NCBI GenBank assembly: GCA_973895155.1
Contig: OZ316892.1
Span: 29,580,932-29,644,931, forward strand
Reading direction: 5' to 3'
Length of the DNA: 64,000 nt
Source of the DNA: Marsupella aquatica
Taxonomy: Eukaryota; Plantae; Marchantiophyta
The first letter of the stretch is position 1, and every line of letters begins with the position of its first letter. Made by a program: the position numbers and the translations under genes. Below are positions 15,762-27,760 of this stretch, in pieces. The notes below the pieces were generated by a model, which saw only the letters and a list, made by a program, of their open reading frames with translations, was not told where the DNA came from and did no database searches.

Positions 15762-17932
15762 AGAACGAGCATCTTGTTCTTTTCTTAGAATTAGTTTTCT
15801 CAAGTCAGGCCCTGTGAAGAAAGATCCCAGTTACGTGATGAGCTAGCTAGCATCATGATCTACGCTCACTTTGATATTTTTGCTCATCCTCTGGACAGAG
15901 TTTCGAGACCTTGTTGAAGTTCCGAATCCTCAAAGTTTTGTGAAGAGCATTGTGACTCCGTTCAATTTTGAGTTTTCCTCGTGCTCTGAACGCAATTTTG
16001 TGACCTTTTGTAAGTTCTAAATCTTCAATGTTTTGTGACGAGCAGCGTGATTGAATTCTTTATCGATTGTGGTTCTTCACTCTCTCAACAAATTCTCTAT
16101 TGATTGTGGTTCTTCACCCTCTCAACAGAATTTATTGGCCTTTCTCATTTTACTGTTTCGATGATTGGGTCTGGCGGAGACAAGAAACGTTTAGTTTATA
16201 TCTATTTTCTTCCCGTCCACTCTGCGCAGCTTGATTCAATCTAGCTGCTGATGGTGCTATTTTACATTTTGACCACGGAAGGAGATGGCACGTTTCATAC
16301 CGTATGCAATGGTTGCCTGCTTTGAGACAGAAGGTGTCATTGCCAAGAGACGTAGAATGGGGGTGGTTATTTCAATTGAAATGTCATGAAGGTCAAGCCT
16401 AAAAGGTAGAAATAAGTTTCGAAGCCTCGTGCCTTGCAATTGAATTGCAAATGAAAACCATCCGTGGAATGAAAAGAAAAACTTACATAAGAAACTGTCG
16501 TTGCTTTCATAGGCCTCTTTCGAATAAATTATTCTGACATCCTATTGTGAGGAGATAACGAAATAAACACCTCAACTTGAAGGTCGACAGGTGTGTGAAT
16601 TGCATCCTCGTCGTCAGTGCCTCTACCCTGCGGGGATGTCTCTAGCTGGGCTTCAATCGTGGACTGCTGGTATTTGCGTCTATGAGAATGATTCTATTGA
16701 ATCAGTTTGCAAGGCATGCCGACTGGACCAAAAGCATATCTGGAGGGGAGGTAAAAACAACTTAACTTGACAGTCACCAATACAGAGCAAAGAGATGTGA
16801 TCGATTACTACCTCATCGAACAATAGAGCTTAGTATGGAGATGCAACTTGCTGAAGTACAGTTGTGAACTCCTTCCACTGATAATTTAGTGGAGTGACAC
16901 TTTAGTCACGTATGCGAACTACTGGATCAGAGTGCTACACATGGTGGGACATGAGAGGCTGCACGTGATGAAGACTTTCTGAAACGGTGACATGCTGACT
17001 GCCGAGTCGAGTCTCGAGAGGATGAAGGTGACCATAGGCTGAAAATGCCGATGAGTATATTTGGAAGCACGGTGACAAATGACATGAACGCGGGGCAACG
17101 GCAGTGTGCACATGCCTCTAGCTGAAGGTAGAAATAGTTGTTTTACCTATGGGTGACTAAAACACACTCCGACTGCAATTTTACCGGCTTTCATGTAGGA
17201 TTGATAGATTTTGCAATCCATACAACGCTATTTCATTAACGCTGCATGCAATGCAATGTAGACTGTCTGAGGCCGTGGTCTTGCATTCATGTTGAGGATG
17301 AGGTTTTCCTGATATATTGTTTGTTGTTTAAAAGTTTGACACCAAACTGTGCATTGCTCACAGACTTTGCAATTCACGAATAATTTCATCGATGTACCTT
17401 GATGTTGTCATCTTGAGGCAGATAAAGGGGGCCACATTAAATCTAAACGACAAAATGCACCATGTTCAGACAATTCTTGTTCATGTGACGAAGAAGGGCG
17501 CGCTTGGAGATAAGCTCAACAGCTTCTTGCGTAAAGCCAAAGCTTACCTCTCCACTGAAGGGGAAACCAAACGATGATAGAGACCAAACGGACCGCAACA
17601 CATCAGGAGGAACCAAAAGAAGGGATTACCACTTTTCTCAATTAAAACGACGATCAGTGTAGAAATACAGTGGCAGAGAACCAATAAACTGTATCAAAAA
17701 TCAGAATGACAATCAAAAGATTGGAAACATGTAAATTCCAGCTCCTACCACAAGGACTCTTGTAAGACGACGTCTTCTTCACTCCTCCACCCTCTCTTCG
17801 TCACTCGGACCAAAACCATTTTGGCGGTCTTCTGAACCTTGTGTCCATACGAGAGCCTCTCTCTCTAAGTAAAAGGAACCGATGATTTTGAGTCCATTAA
17901 ATCTTCATGTAGAATTGACTCACGATGTTTTC

Positions 17933-19212
17933 TCACTGTACAAATTCCTTTCTCCCTGGCAAAAAGAATGGACTTAAACTGAAATCGTTCTTGTCGAGAA
18001 CCCAGCTCTCAGGGTCATCCATTGTCATCGCCTTCCGCCTATGTCAATAAAAGTGAAGCATGCGGACAAGTTACTTCCAGTCCCTCATAACAGTGTCTCG
18101 TATACCAGTCAAGAAACTCCGGATGAATCAATAATTCCAATATGCATATCTTGTAGGATCTGGAAGGAAGACACCATGGATGGACAGATTTGAATATTGA
18201 AGAAACTGCCACTGACGGAGCAGCCTGGAGAACACCTTAAACTAAGAGCACCAGTACAAGGTCAACGAAGTCCCACAAAGTCCCACAAAGTCCCCCGAAG
18301 TCCCCCGAAGTCCCACACCTACACCTCACATCAGTCCGTTAAGATTACTTTCAAAGCTAAACTATCACACCTTCCGACTCAAACGCCCTAGCTCAGACAA
18401 TGTCCTCCCGGTCCAAAACAGATGTATTTCCCTCCTGTCTACTGACTTCAGCAAATATTCTTGGAACCATCTCGCGAGATTGTCTGACCATATTTATGTC
18501 CATTGCACAATTCGCTATACACGACATGCACGCCGTTGGCGACCTCCCGGAAAGTTTCAAACGGTCACTGAAATTAAATGTTGAAGACTTCTTTAGGGGC
18601 AGACAGTCTTGTGAAGTGATCCTTCCCAGAAGTGGCAGCTGAGTCTCATGCTGCGAGTGAAATCAGTATTGTAATTCGAGATGGAACAGAGGATTGTCCC
18701 GGGCAGTATAGACCAAGAAGCAACTCTTTCACAGCAACCAAACAAGTTTGATAACAACCACAAAAAAGCAGAAACCACTGTGAAACCAATCAGAATTCAT
18801 CAAAGCGCAGTGACATTCAAAGGACAGGCAGGACAAGTAGTAGAAGCTTCAACTTGGCCACCCAAAAAGCAGCATTCAAGAATACAATCGAAGGCAGGTG
18901 TGTCCTTCAAATGGGTCTGCCGTACATACCCACCCATACATACATTCAAGCTCCACAGCAACATGGGAGCAGGACTGCTTACAATTGAGTAATTTATGAG
19001 CGAATCAATTATTATTGTTGGACAGTACTCGACCTTTTCTTTCTCGTATGCAGCGTCATTGTAGAATCAGACAGCCTTTCCCACAAGGTCCTCTGAGGAT
19101 GATAACAGGGTGAATGATAAATGGTTGCAGCAGCAGCAGCCAGCCCAGCCCTCCAGGAGGAAAGGGCAGTCCAGGCCCGCCTCCCGGCTTGCTCGTGTGT
19201 ATTGTGTGTGAC
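17933..19212 (-). CDS. Candidate unannotated spliced gene. Exons 18650-18489, 18224-18106, 18038-17933; probable upstream exon about 19212-19034; start unresolved
   Basis: Three exons with GT-AG boundaries join in frame: HETQLPLLG...GRSPTACMSCIANCAMDINM|AAPSVAVSSIF...KICILELLIHPEFLDW|RKAMTMDDPESWVLDKNDFSLSPFFLPGRKEFVQ*. Contains a CxxCxxxC motif. One intron is short (67 nt) and the 5' join is uncertain. Confidence 0.45.
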
Positions 19213-19377
19213 CTAATCCTACAATTTGACTCCACCCACCAAATCGACTCCACACACCGAACTCAAATGCTCACACAGCACCACCAGGGGCCATCACCAT
19301 AGCAGCTCCCTCTCAAACTCCTGCTCTGGTTCAAATCACACGAAGTAGACAGATAGAAGCCGGCCGCAAGCAGCACT

Positions 19378-19791
19378 CTAGTGGTGATGATGGGCCTGCA
19401 CATATCTCAGTCCACAATACTTACACGTATTGGGCTCCGCCAGATCTAAGCAGATGTACTCCACCGGATGCCCTAAAGACGGGTCCCTCCCTCCTTCACA
19501 GGCCACAACTCGTGCCCCGACCTCGATCGGAGGCACCTCGGCAATCAGCTCCTGCGGCGACTTCTTATCAAAATTCGTCATCCACTTCGCAGTGTGCTCG
19601 CTGTAGTTGCTGCTGCTGATGCTGTCTGCGGAGGCGACCGCATTGGACCCGAGATTGCGCCATTCCCCCGGCGCTGCTGCTACAACCCTAGTAGCAGTCA
19701 GCGCATCCCTGCTCGAGAGCGATGTCGGTCGCAGCTGCAGCAGCCGCTGCTGCAGGAGGCGAGACACGAGACCGGACGTCGCTCGAGACAT
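19378..19791 (-). CDS. NDUFS6: NADH:ubiquinone oxidoreductase 13 kDa zinc-finger subunit (NDUFS6), mitochondrial, intronless
   Basis: Arg/Ser/Leu-rich presequence, HTAKWM, KKSPQELIAEVPPIEV, zf-CHCC motif VVACEGG...LGHPVEYICLD...CKYCGLRYV. Confidence 0.93.
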   Translation of the reverse strand: MSRATSGLVSRLLQQRLLQLRPTSLSSRDALTATRVVAAAPGEWRNLGSNAVASADSISSSNYSEHTAKWMTNFDKKSPQELIAEVPPIEVGARVVACEGGRDPSLGHPVEYICLDLAEPNTCKYCGLRYVQAHHHH

Positions 19792-19917
19792 TTGGAATCA
19801 TGCGCGTTTCCTCCCTCGCTGGACAGGAAGGTTGTTGCTGGCTCCACTCAATCCGCTCCTCGCGCTTTACTCCGTCCCCTCCACTTCCTTTCCTCGTCGT
19901 TCCCGAATTGCTGCTCC

Positions 19918-19995
19918 TCTCCACTCCACTCCACTCCACTCCTCTCAGTCTTTCTCTCGCCCGACGAAGAGAAGAGAAGAGAAGAGAAGAGAAGA
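19918..19995. repeat. (CTCCA)n and (GAAGA)n microsatellites in the NDUFS6 5' region
   Basis: ctccactccactccactccact and gaagagaagagaagagaagagaagagaagaga read directly. Confidence 0.85.
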
Positions 19996-20084
19996 GACGA
20001 AGAAGAGGAGAGAGTAGAGATTTCGATTCGACGATTGTGTGTAAGGAGAGGATGGGTTGGGCGCGACTGTCGAAGCAGCTGGAG

Positions 20085-20470
20085 GGGGCCACGACGTTAC
20101 TGTTCCGGCCCTTGAGCGGGCAGCAGCAACAGTGGGGAGAATTGTTGGGGCCATTGAGCGGGCAGTGGGAGAATTGTTAGGGCCATTGAGCAATAGTGAG
20201 AATTGTAAAGAATTGGTCTCAAAGCTTTCAAGATAAAGGACGATGGCTTTTGTCCATACACAAAATGGTCATAGTTTTCTCATAGGGTGTAGAGAATTGG
20301 TCTCAAACCTTCAAAGTTGAGGATGATGGCTTCCTTTTGTCAGTAAACAAATGGTCATAGTTTTCTCATAGGGTTATGTAATTGTAGAGAATTGGTCTCA
20401 AAGCTTCAAAGTTGTGGATGATGGCTTTTGTCCATAAATAAACAAATGGCCATAGTTTTCTCATAGGCAT
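20085..20470. repeat. Minisatellite block: about 33-bp units followed by three units of about 92 bp
   Basis: gggagaattgttggggccattgagc repeats, then agaattggtctcaaa...gatggct...catagttttctcatagg at about 20209, 20293 and 20388. Confidence 0.75.
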
Positions 20471-20797
20471 GTAGCAATAGAAGAATAATTCACTAGCCTC
20501 TCCTGGGATCAATTTGGATCAATTTGGATCACTTTTTTCCCTAACTGTAACTACTAAGTTAAGGTCCATCAAATTTGAAGTTTTGAGACGCCGCTACAGG
20601 ATAGGCTCTCAATTCTCAAAAATTGTTGTATAACACATTCTTGAGTAGGCAGCAACAGTGGGAGAATTGTTGGGGCCATTGAAAGGGTAGCTACACTGGG
20701 AGAATTGTAGAGGATAGAGGGTCTCAAATCTCAACATTTGATGGACCTTGATTTAGTAGTTGACTTCAATTGCCTGTACGTACAAAAGGAGTGAGAG

Positions 20798-21316
20798 TCC
20801 AAAAGTTCTCCCTTTTTCCACATTTTACTCACTTCTTTCCTCTAAGATGCCAGTTTGCTCCATGAAGTCTGGAAAGTTTAACCATTAATAGTGAATTTGG
20901 ATCCTATGAATAACGCATAGCTCTTGAAGGAGTAGCTGTGGTTTGAGATTATGGACAACAAAAGTTATGGACTAAGTTCATAATCCATAACTTTTTGCTA
21001 TACAAATTGATCATGCATCTAGGTTTGCCCAAAACATAAAGCCATTTGGGTTTGGGCAAAAACTAATGATTACTGGAGGTTAATCTTGTGATGGCCTGAA
21101 AATAAAAGAGGCACGAGGAAAATAAAAGGTTTGTGGTCACAATAATAGGGAGTCTCAAACCTCAAAATTTTGATCGACATTAAACCACAGCTGCCCCTGC
21201 AACAGCTATGGGTTACCCGTGCGATCCAAATTTCACTATTAACAGTTGAATTTGAGAAAACTGGCACCTTGCAGAAAAGAAATGAGTGAAATTTGTAAAA
21301 GGGAGAAATTATTGGA
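20798..21316. mobile_element. MITE-like inverted-repeat element
   Basis: tccaaaagttctccctttt...ttaatagtgaatttggatc...agctgtggttt pairs with aaaccacagct...gatccaaatttcactattaa...aaaagggagaaattattgga. Confidence 0.6.
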
Positions 21317-24300
21317 GTTCAGTATTGTGATAGGGGCCTGAATGGGGCCATTGTAGTTAGTGCAACACATAAATAATCATTGGATGTATATTCCAGTGTG
21401 TAGTGAATGGGCCCCAAAAGTACAGAATCCAATTAATGGTTATTTGGAGTTCAGTATAGTGATGGGGCCCAAAGATGGACCCTGAATGTATGGTCAAATC
21501 TAATTATATAATTGTGATCTGAAACTACGCTTGGGGCTTAACCTATGGTCTTCAGCCTCTGAATTATGACTCTGGGAGCATAATTGAACTTGGGGGTGTG
21601 ACTAACAAATCAGGATTGGGGACAAGGATTGGGGACAAGGTGAGTCTCTGAAAATGGCACAATGGGCTTCAATGTAATCACCTGTATTTATGTTACTGAT
21701 TTATGTTATGCCTAGTAGTATGAACTCTAGATATCAGTTGAAACTATCATCACCAGAGAGCTTCAGTCACAGGTTAGGTTAAAGTTTTGGGTCTTATTAA
21801 CAACATATACTGGATTCCTTGGAAACCTCGGACTACTTTTGTTTCAGCATTCTGGCATAAAGTAACACTGACTTTTCAGGCAGTTGAGCTGGCAACAAGA
21901 GTGGGATAGTCTTAGTATCATCTGGGTTTGGGCAATAGGACGTCTCAAACTTAGCGTTGCTGCTTCCGGTTGCGGTCAGAGACAGAATCCCGGGAAAAAA
22001 GTGGCGGACACGAAAATCTGTGTCCCGCACACTGCTGAATCGTGACCGAAACTGCTAGTTCCGGGCCTCTTTTTTTTTCCGTGACTCCAAGGATTGAGAT
22101 GCCCTAATAAATAAACTTGGCCCGTTACCAGAGCCATGTGGTCACAATGTGCAGAACACTACTGTTTGTGATGATGCAGGAACCATAGTGTGCACATAAG
22201 GGGCCTTTTTGGGGCCCATTGTAACATTGGAGTAAAATTTAGCTAATTATTTTCATTTAAGGAAACAATGCAAGCCAATGATATTGTAAATAATGCTGCA
22301 ATGGAACGAGCCTCTCAACAACCAAGGGACCGTGGCACCTTTTCCACCTTCGCTCATTGGTCCTTCTCATTTCCAACAAGTTTTTCAACAGCTAACTTTG
22401 ACATTCAATGTCTACCTTGATATCCAAATGAGAAGTGGTTTGGAAACATCTTTCCAACCATTAACCCAAAATAAACTCTAAATTGGGAAGAAAAAATGGA
22501 CACCAAAAATCGCGAAGAAAAACCTCGAGACCAACCGGGCACACCCAAAAAATCACTCTAAATCGGGAAGGATGGAAAAAGGCTCAGGACCAACCGGGCA
22601 CAGGGAAGGGCAGATGACAAAAAAAAAGTCTCGATCGGGCGGAGAGAAAATTGAAACGGGCAGCAGCAGCGACGGCTCGATGGCAGAGAGGGCACGAGGG
22701 GGGCGCTGGATGGGACCCACGCGTCGGCCTCTCATTGGTGCGTCAGTTTGCTCCATGTCGGGAAGAGGGAAAGCCATCGGAGACCATTTGGATTGGCGGC
22801 AGAATCGGTATCGTGGCGTGCATAAATTAATATATAAATTAATGGCAACTTGACAACGCGAATTGCCGTCCAGCTAATCGACTGGGAGAATTGGAGAATC
22901 AACGTATTAGTTGGAAGCAGGTTCCTCCAGAGCATTTATTGCAAATTAAATAAATTACCGTAGTTCATTGAACGGCCCTCCTTTCTCTCGACTACAGTGA
23001 GAGCCGCGACAAGGTTTTCGTTATGCCTCTTCAATGCAAGGATATTTTTTTCTCAACACTTTACTTATATAATAGTAAAACACAATAAAAACAGGAGTAA
23101 ACCGACCAAAGGCAATATTTCCGGTCACTTCAACGCCAAAATAGGGTGTTTCTAAGTGCGAAAATTTGCCCAATTCCACCCCGCTAAAGAATATTTGTCA
23201 CTAAACAGTGTTTGTCGTTTTAGGGGAAACCTAACTGGGTTAGTTTTGCCATCAAGCTGGGCAGGGAGCAATGGCAGGTAGAGAGAATGCCTAGAGCTTG
23301 GTATGGAACGCATTCAGCAAGGGCAATCCGGGTGGCAGGTTGATTGAGAACTCAAAAGCTTGAGAGCTCGAGCTATGGCGTCGGGGTCCAGCAGTGTTTT
23401 TGTCGCCTTGAGCTTGTGGCTGGGTTTGTGGAGAAGTCAGGCTCCAAGTTGGGGTCCGGGTGGGAAAATGGCAGGTACCAGGGTAGGGAGCAGCCCGCAG
23501 TCACCCCATGAGACAGGCACTCCATGCATGTACCTGAATGGAACCTTTCTCTTAGACTACCCAGTTTTGCAGCTAATCATAGACCCCAGTTGCTAGAATT
23601 TGACAGTCATCCATAAAGCTAGGAAAATTTAATGGTCAAGTATGAATCTGGGAAAATTAGAGATATTTTTAGCATGGTCTACTTCTTTAAAGGTTTTAGC
23701 TACTTTGGCAGAAACCTTAAAAAATCAACCTACTTCGTTATCCAACCCATTATAGGTTCCCTTGAGAAAGCAATGGCTCGTTGAGAGTGGGAAGACAAAC
23801 ATAGGGTGGCACTTACTAGACATTTGGCCCATTGATTCCTTTGATTTTCTTTGAGAGTCAACCTGGGCCATGTAATGAGTAAAAAATAGTCGTAATTGGC
23901 TTTACAAGAACTCAAGTTTGGTCTACTATGTGGATGGGAAGCAATAGGCCCAAGGAAATGTTGAGCTTGAGTTCTTATTTTGTCTAGAATTTTACAAGAC
24001 CTAGGGGCATAGTCCAAAGATTTCATTTGCTGGAGTTCATTCAAAAGATCTTTGGCCTGGCCTCTATCTTTAGAACAACAAGTGGACCTCCAGGTTGCTT
24101 TGGTGAAAAAAATCACAAGTGCCCAAACCTCTGTAAATCCACTATATTTTCTACATATACTTCACAATGTAGATGTTGAGACTCAGTGCCAATTTGGATG
24201 GTAGCACAGTTTCTTTACACAAAGTTGACGCTCTGATGGACAATTCATAGTTACGTCGCAATAAGGACACATCAGTTTCCATTACAACAAGGTTGCATAG

Positions 24301-24820
24301 CACCCTCCCTCTTGGCTCCTATTACTCTACTGGGGTGGGGGTTTGGTTCAAAATATGGGACCTCCCTATTGCACCTACAATTGCATGCAACTAATGACAG
24401 TATTGTTCTTAATGAAGACAAGTAGTGTGTGTATTAGACAATACGTATTTCATCAACAGTAAAACGGGCAAGACAACCATCTTTGGTAGTTCATAGCTCT
24501 CTCATTACTCTGAGTAAAAGTTGACTACATTAAGGTCATTGGAAAACACTCTCTAAGTCACCTCTAATGTGGCCAACAAATAGACTAGTTGTTATGGGGG
24601 AATTTTGATGGTAAAATGTTTTTCAAAATATTTAAGAATGTTAGCAGGTGAGGTCACTTGCTTGGTCCATCCAAGAATCTTTTTCTACAAGCTCAAATAC
24701 CCATGCGCATGCACAAGGCTCCTTACCCAGACTTATGAAACAATGGTGTCTTTATTCACAAGGGGTCATTGTAGCTTGCGAGGAAACAGTAAACCTTTTA
24801 CTTGTATGACAATTTATTTC

Positions 24821-26402
24821 CTCACATGACCCCTAATTTTTCTATATCCAACTGCCTTGCTAACAGGAACCTGGTTGATAATATACATTTTTGGGACTAC
24901 TCTTTTCGCTAGCAAACTCGCTAGCCATCTCGAGTCATAAAAAACACAAAAATATTGAAGGCCAGAAAAAGCAAAAGAAAATCTAGAACCACTAGTATCT
25001 TGCTAACAATACTCTCCTGGCTAACAACATTCTTGTTTGCTCGCATTATACAATAACTCATTCACAAGCATAGTCTAAATATCCAAATTTTCTCTCACAG
25101 GAAAAATCATGGCCTAGCATCCCTCTCTATGGGCTAGGTCATGAAGGTAGACTTCAATCACAAATAATAGTATAATAGAAAAGTCTGAGTCTAGGGTCTA
25201 CATGTAGGGTCCACATTTAGGCCTAGTATCTAGGTTTAGGTCTAGCATTGAAGTCTATGGTCCTAGGGCTGTGTAGGGTCTAGGGTCTATAGTAGGTCTC
25301 AGTCTGGGGTCTGGGGTCTACGTTTAGGGTGTAAAGGTCTATAATCTAGGTCCACATAGAGGGTCTAGGTCTAGTTTCCTGAGCTGGCCAGCATAGGAAG
25401 TGCTCTCATTGTCAAACGTCCTCTTACTCATAAGCATAGTCAAAATATCAAATTGATTTGATACCAGAGAAAATATGGGATATCCTTCCAGTCTGAAGTG
25501 TCATGGCGATAGACTTGGATAGCTAATTGAGTCTAGAGAGTACATTATGAAAGTAGACTTAGACTGCCAGTTATATTAGACTAGCCTGACTGCCCAGTCT
25601 TTGAATTTAAGTAGAGGTGAGTATACAAAACCTTGCAAAAAAAATAGATTCCCTTGTGTCAACCTTCCAGATTGAAATGTTTTCCCATGACTTGCCCCCA
25701 GTCCCTGTTTCACCTGCACCCTCACCTCATGCCTCCAGAGTCAAAGTCTACGGCTTCACTCTAGACAGTAGGCCTTGAGAGTAGCTTTAGATGCCATTAT
25801 ATAGTTAGATATATATACATGACTGGGATCCCCACTTCACTCTAGAGAGTAGGTCATAGAGTAGGTCATGAAGGGAGACTTCCATCTCCAGTTATACTAG
25901 AAATAGAAATATGGATAGATAGGGACAAAGTGTTATGAGTGCATGATTATCCCCGCTCGAGTCAAACAGTGCTCTAGACCAATGGAGCATTTTGTGGAGT
26001 TTGTTGGACTCTATCATGAATTAAAAGGAGAATTGTGCGCACCTTTAGGTACTCAGGAAGGGAATATCTAATTGAAGTGAACTGCTCCCCATCTCCGGTG
26101 CTAGCAATTCCAGTGTGACTTCTGGGGTCATTGTGACTTGTGAGGAAACAGCAAAATTTTGCTAAGTTTTTACTCACCTGACCCCCTTATTTTTCCAGCT
26201 CCAATTGCCTTGCTAACAAGAACCTGGTTGATAACATATATTTTTGGGATTCCTCTTTTTGCTAGAGCCATCTGGATTCATTAAAAAACACAAAAATATA
26301 AAAGGTAACAAAAAGCGAAAGAAATTGTAAATCACTAGTGTCTCGCTAATAACACTCTCATCGCTAACAAAATTCTTGTTTGCTCGCATTATACAATACC
26401 TC
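24821..26402. repeat. Pair of about 235-bp direct repeats (about 24821-25057 and 26173-26402) flanking low-complexity tctagg-rich DNA
   Basis: tgccttgctaaca(g/a)gaacctggttgataa...ttcttgtttgctcgcattatacaata present in both copies. Confidence 0.7.
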
Positions 26403-26980
26403 TGAATTCTGCCAGGGATCGAGTGTCCAATTGCACCGTTGGCCATAACCCATCGACCGTTGACCATTTGAGTGGGAGTGTGTTTGGCTGGCAGAGGCAC
26501 CATGGAAATCACTTGTGTTGTCAACTAGTTGCGTGTGTCTAAGTGCAGGTTCTGCTCCTGGGAAGACATCCAAAGCCTACATTTATCCACACTAGCTATG
26601 CATTATGTCATAAGTGTATGGGATATCATTAATTTATGCACTTTTTCATATGTGCATGCTACATTATCCAATAAGTGTGTGAAATCACTTATGCACTTCC
26701 TCATATGTGTTGTCAGATCATACACATGGGTCAGATGATACACGGGACTCCAATACCCCAAATTCTCATATTGCATGATGCAACTGGATAAGTGCATGAA
26801 ACTACTCTATGTAGTTGTTCGCCCCATTTATCAATAAAATGCTTCTTAGTAACTTATACATTGCAGTAACTGATAACTGCATGTGCACTCTTAAAGTAAG
26901 AAATCCACTTATGTGTTTGTCAATTAGTGAGTGACTTGCACTTACAGACTCCATTCTTTTGGTGTATTTACAAAGTAAAG

Positions 26981-27104
26981 CATAGTAATATTGGGACTAC
27001 ACAATCAGCCCTGCAGTTACCCATGGAATGCACTTAGACACCATAGTAATATTAAGGGACTACACAATCAGCCTGCAAGTACCCATGAAATGCACTTAGA
27101 CACC
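26981..27104. repeat. Two-copy tandem repeat of about 61 bp
   Basis: catagtaatatt..gggactacacaatcagcc..tacccatg.aatgcacttagacacc occurs twice. Confidence 0.75.
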
Positions 27105-27760
27105 GTACAGTGTATTATTATTATGGGGTGAGGGGACACGTTCGAGTGCTACTGAAACACTAGTCAGACTTTGGACCCATTACGAGTTTCCACGTCATGG
27201 CTTTGGGACACGTTTCCAACTCCCTAAAGTTTTTGAATTTGCAGTTTAAGCAAGGAGATTTTGCTCTGTCATCAAATGAAAGCCCACGGAAAGGACTCTG
27301 TTCTCCTATGGTTTGCTAGTCGAAGCAGAATCAAAATCCAGTCCTTCATATTGCAAGCGAATGGTTGATTCCACGGATTTGGCTGCATCTGCTCATGCAC
27401 ATACTTGCACTTTGTAACCGTTCATTCGTCAGTCTTTCTTCAGTCTGCCTGAGGTGTTGTGAGCTGAGGTTCCACTTGAATTTGATTTTCGGGTGATTCA
27501 TTCTTCAGTCTGCCTGAGCTGACCTTCCACTTCAATTCAATTTTCAGGTGATTCTTCAGTCTGCTATTTCATACGTCAAACTTGCATTGTCAATTGACCT
27601 CGGATGCATTGCCGTGATTTCTCATGTCCGCGATTCTCTCCTTGTGGAGGAGTAAGTTTGGTTCAGTCGAATGGAGTACACTAAGTTGCTGATGATGTCG
27701 GTCGTGCAAATATGCAGGGCTTTCATAACAGTCTTTTGACTAACTGAGCTGAGTTGAGGG

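Noticed and set aside
16970-17130. C/D-box snoRNA-like motifs (GTGATGA...CTGA)
   Set aside because: Spacing is too short, there is no terminal stem and no recognisable rRNA antisense element
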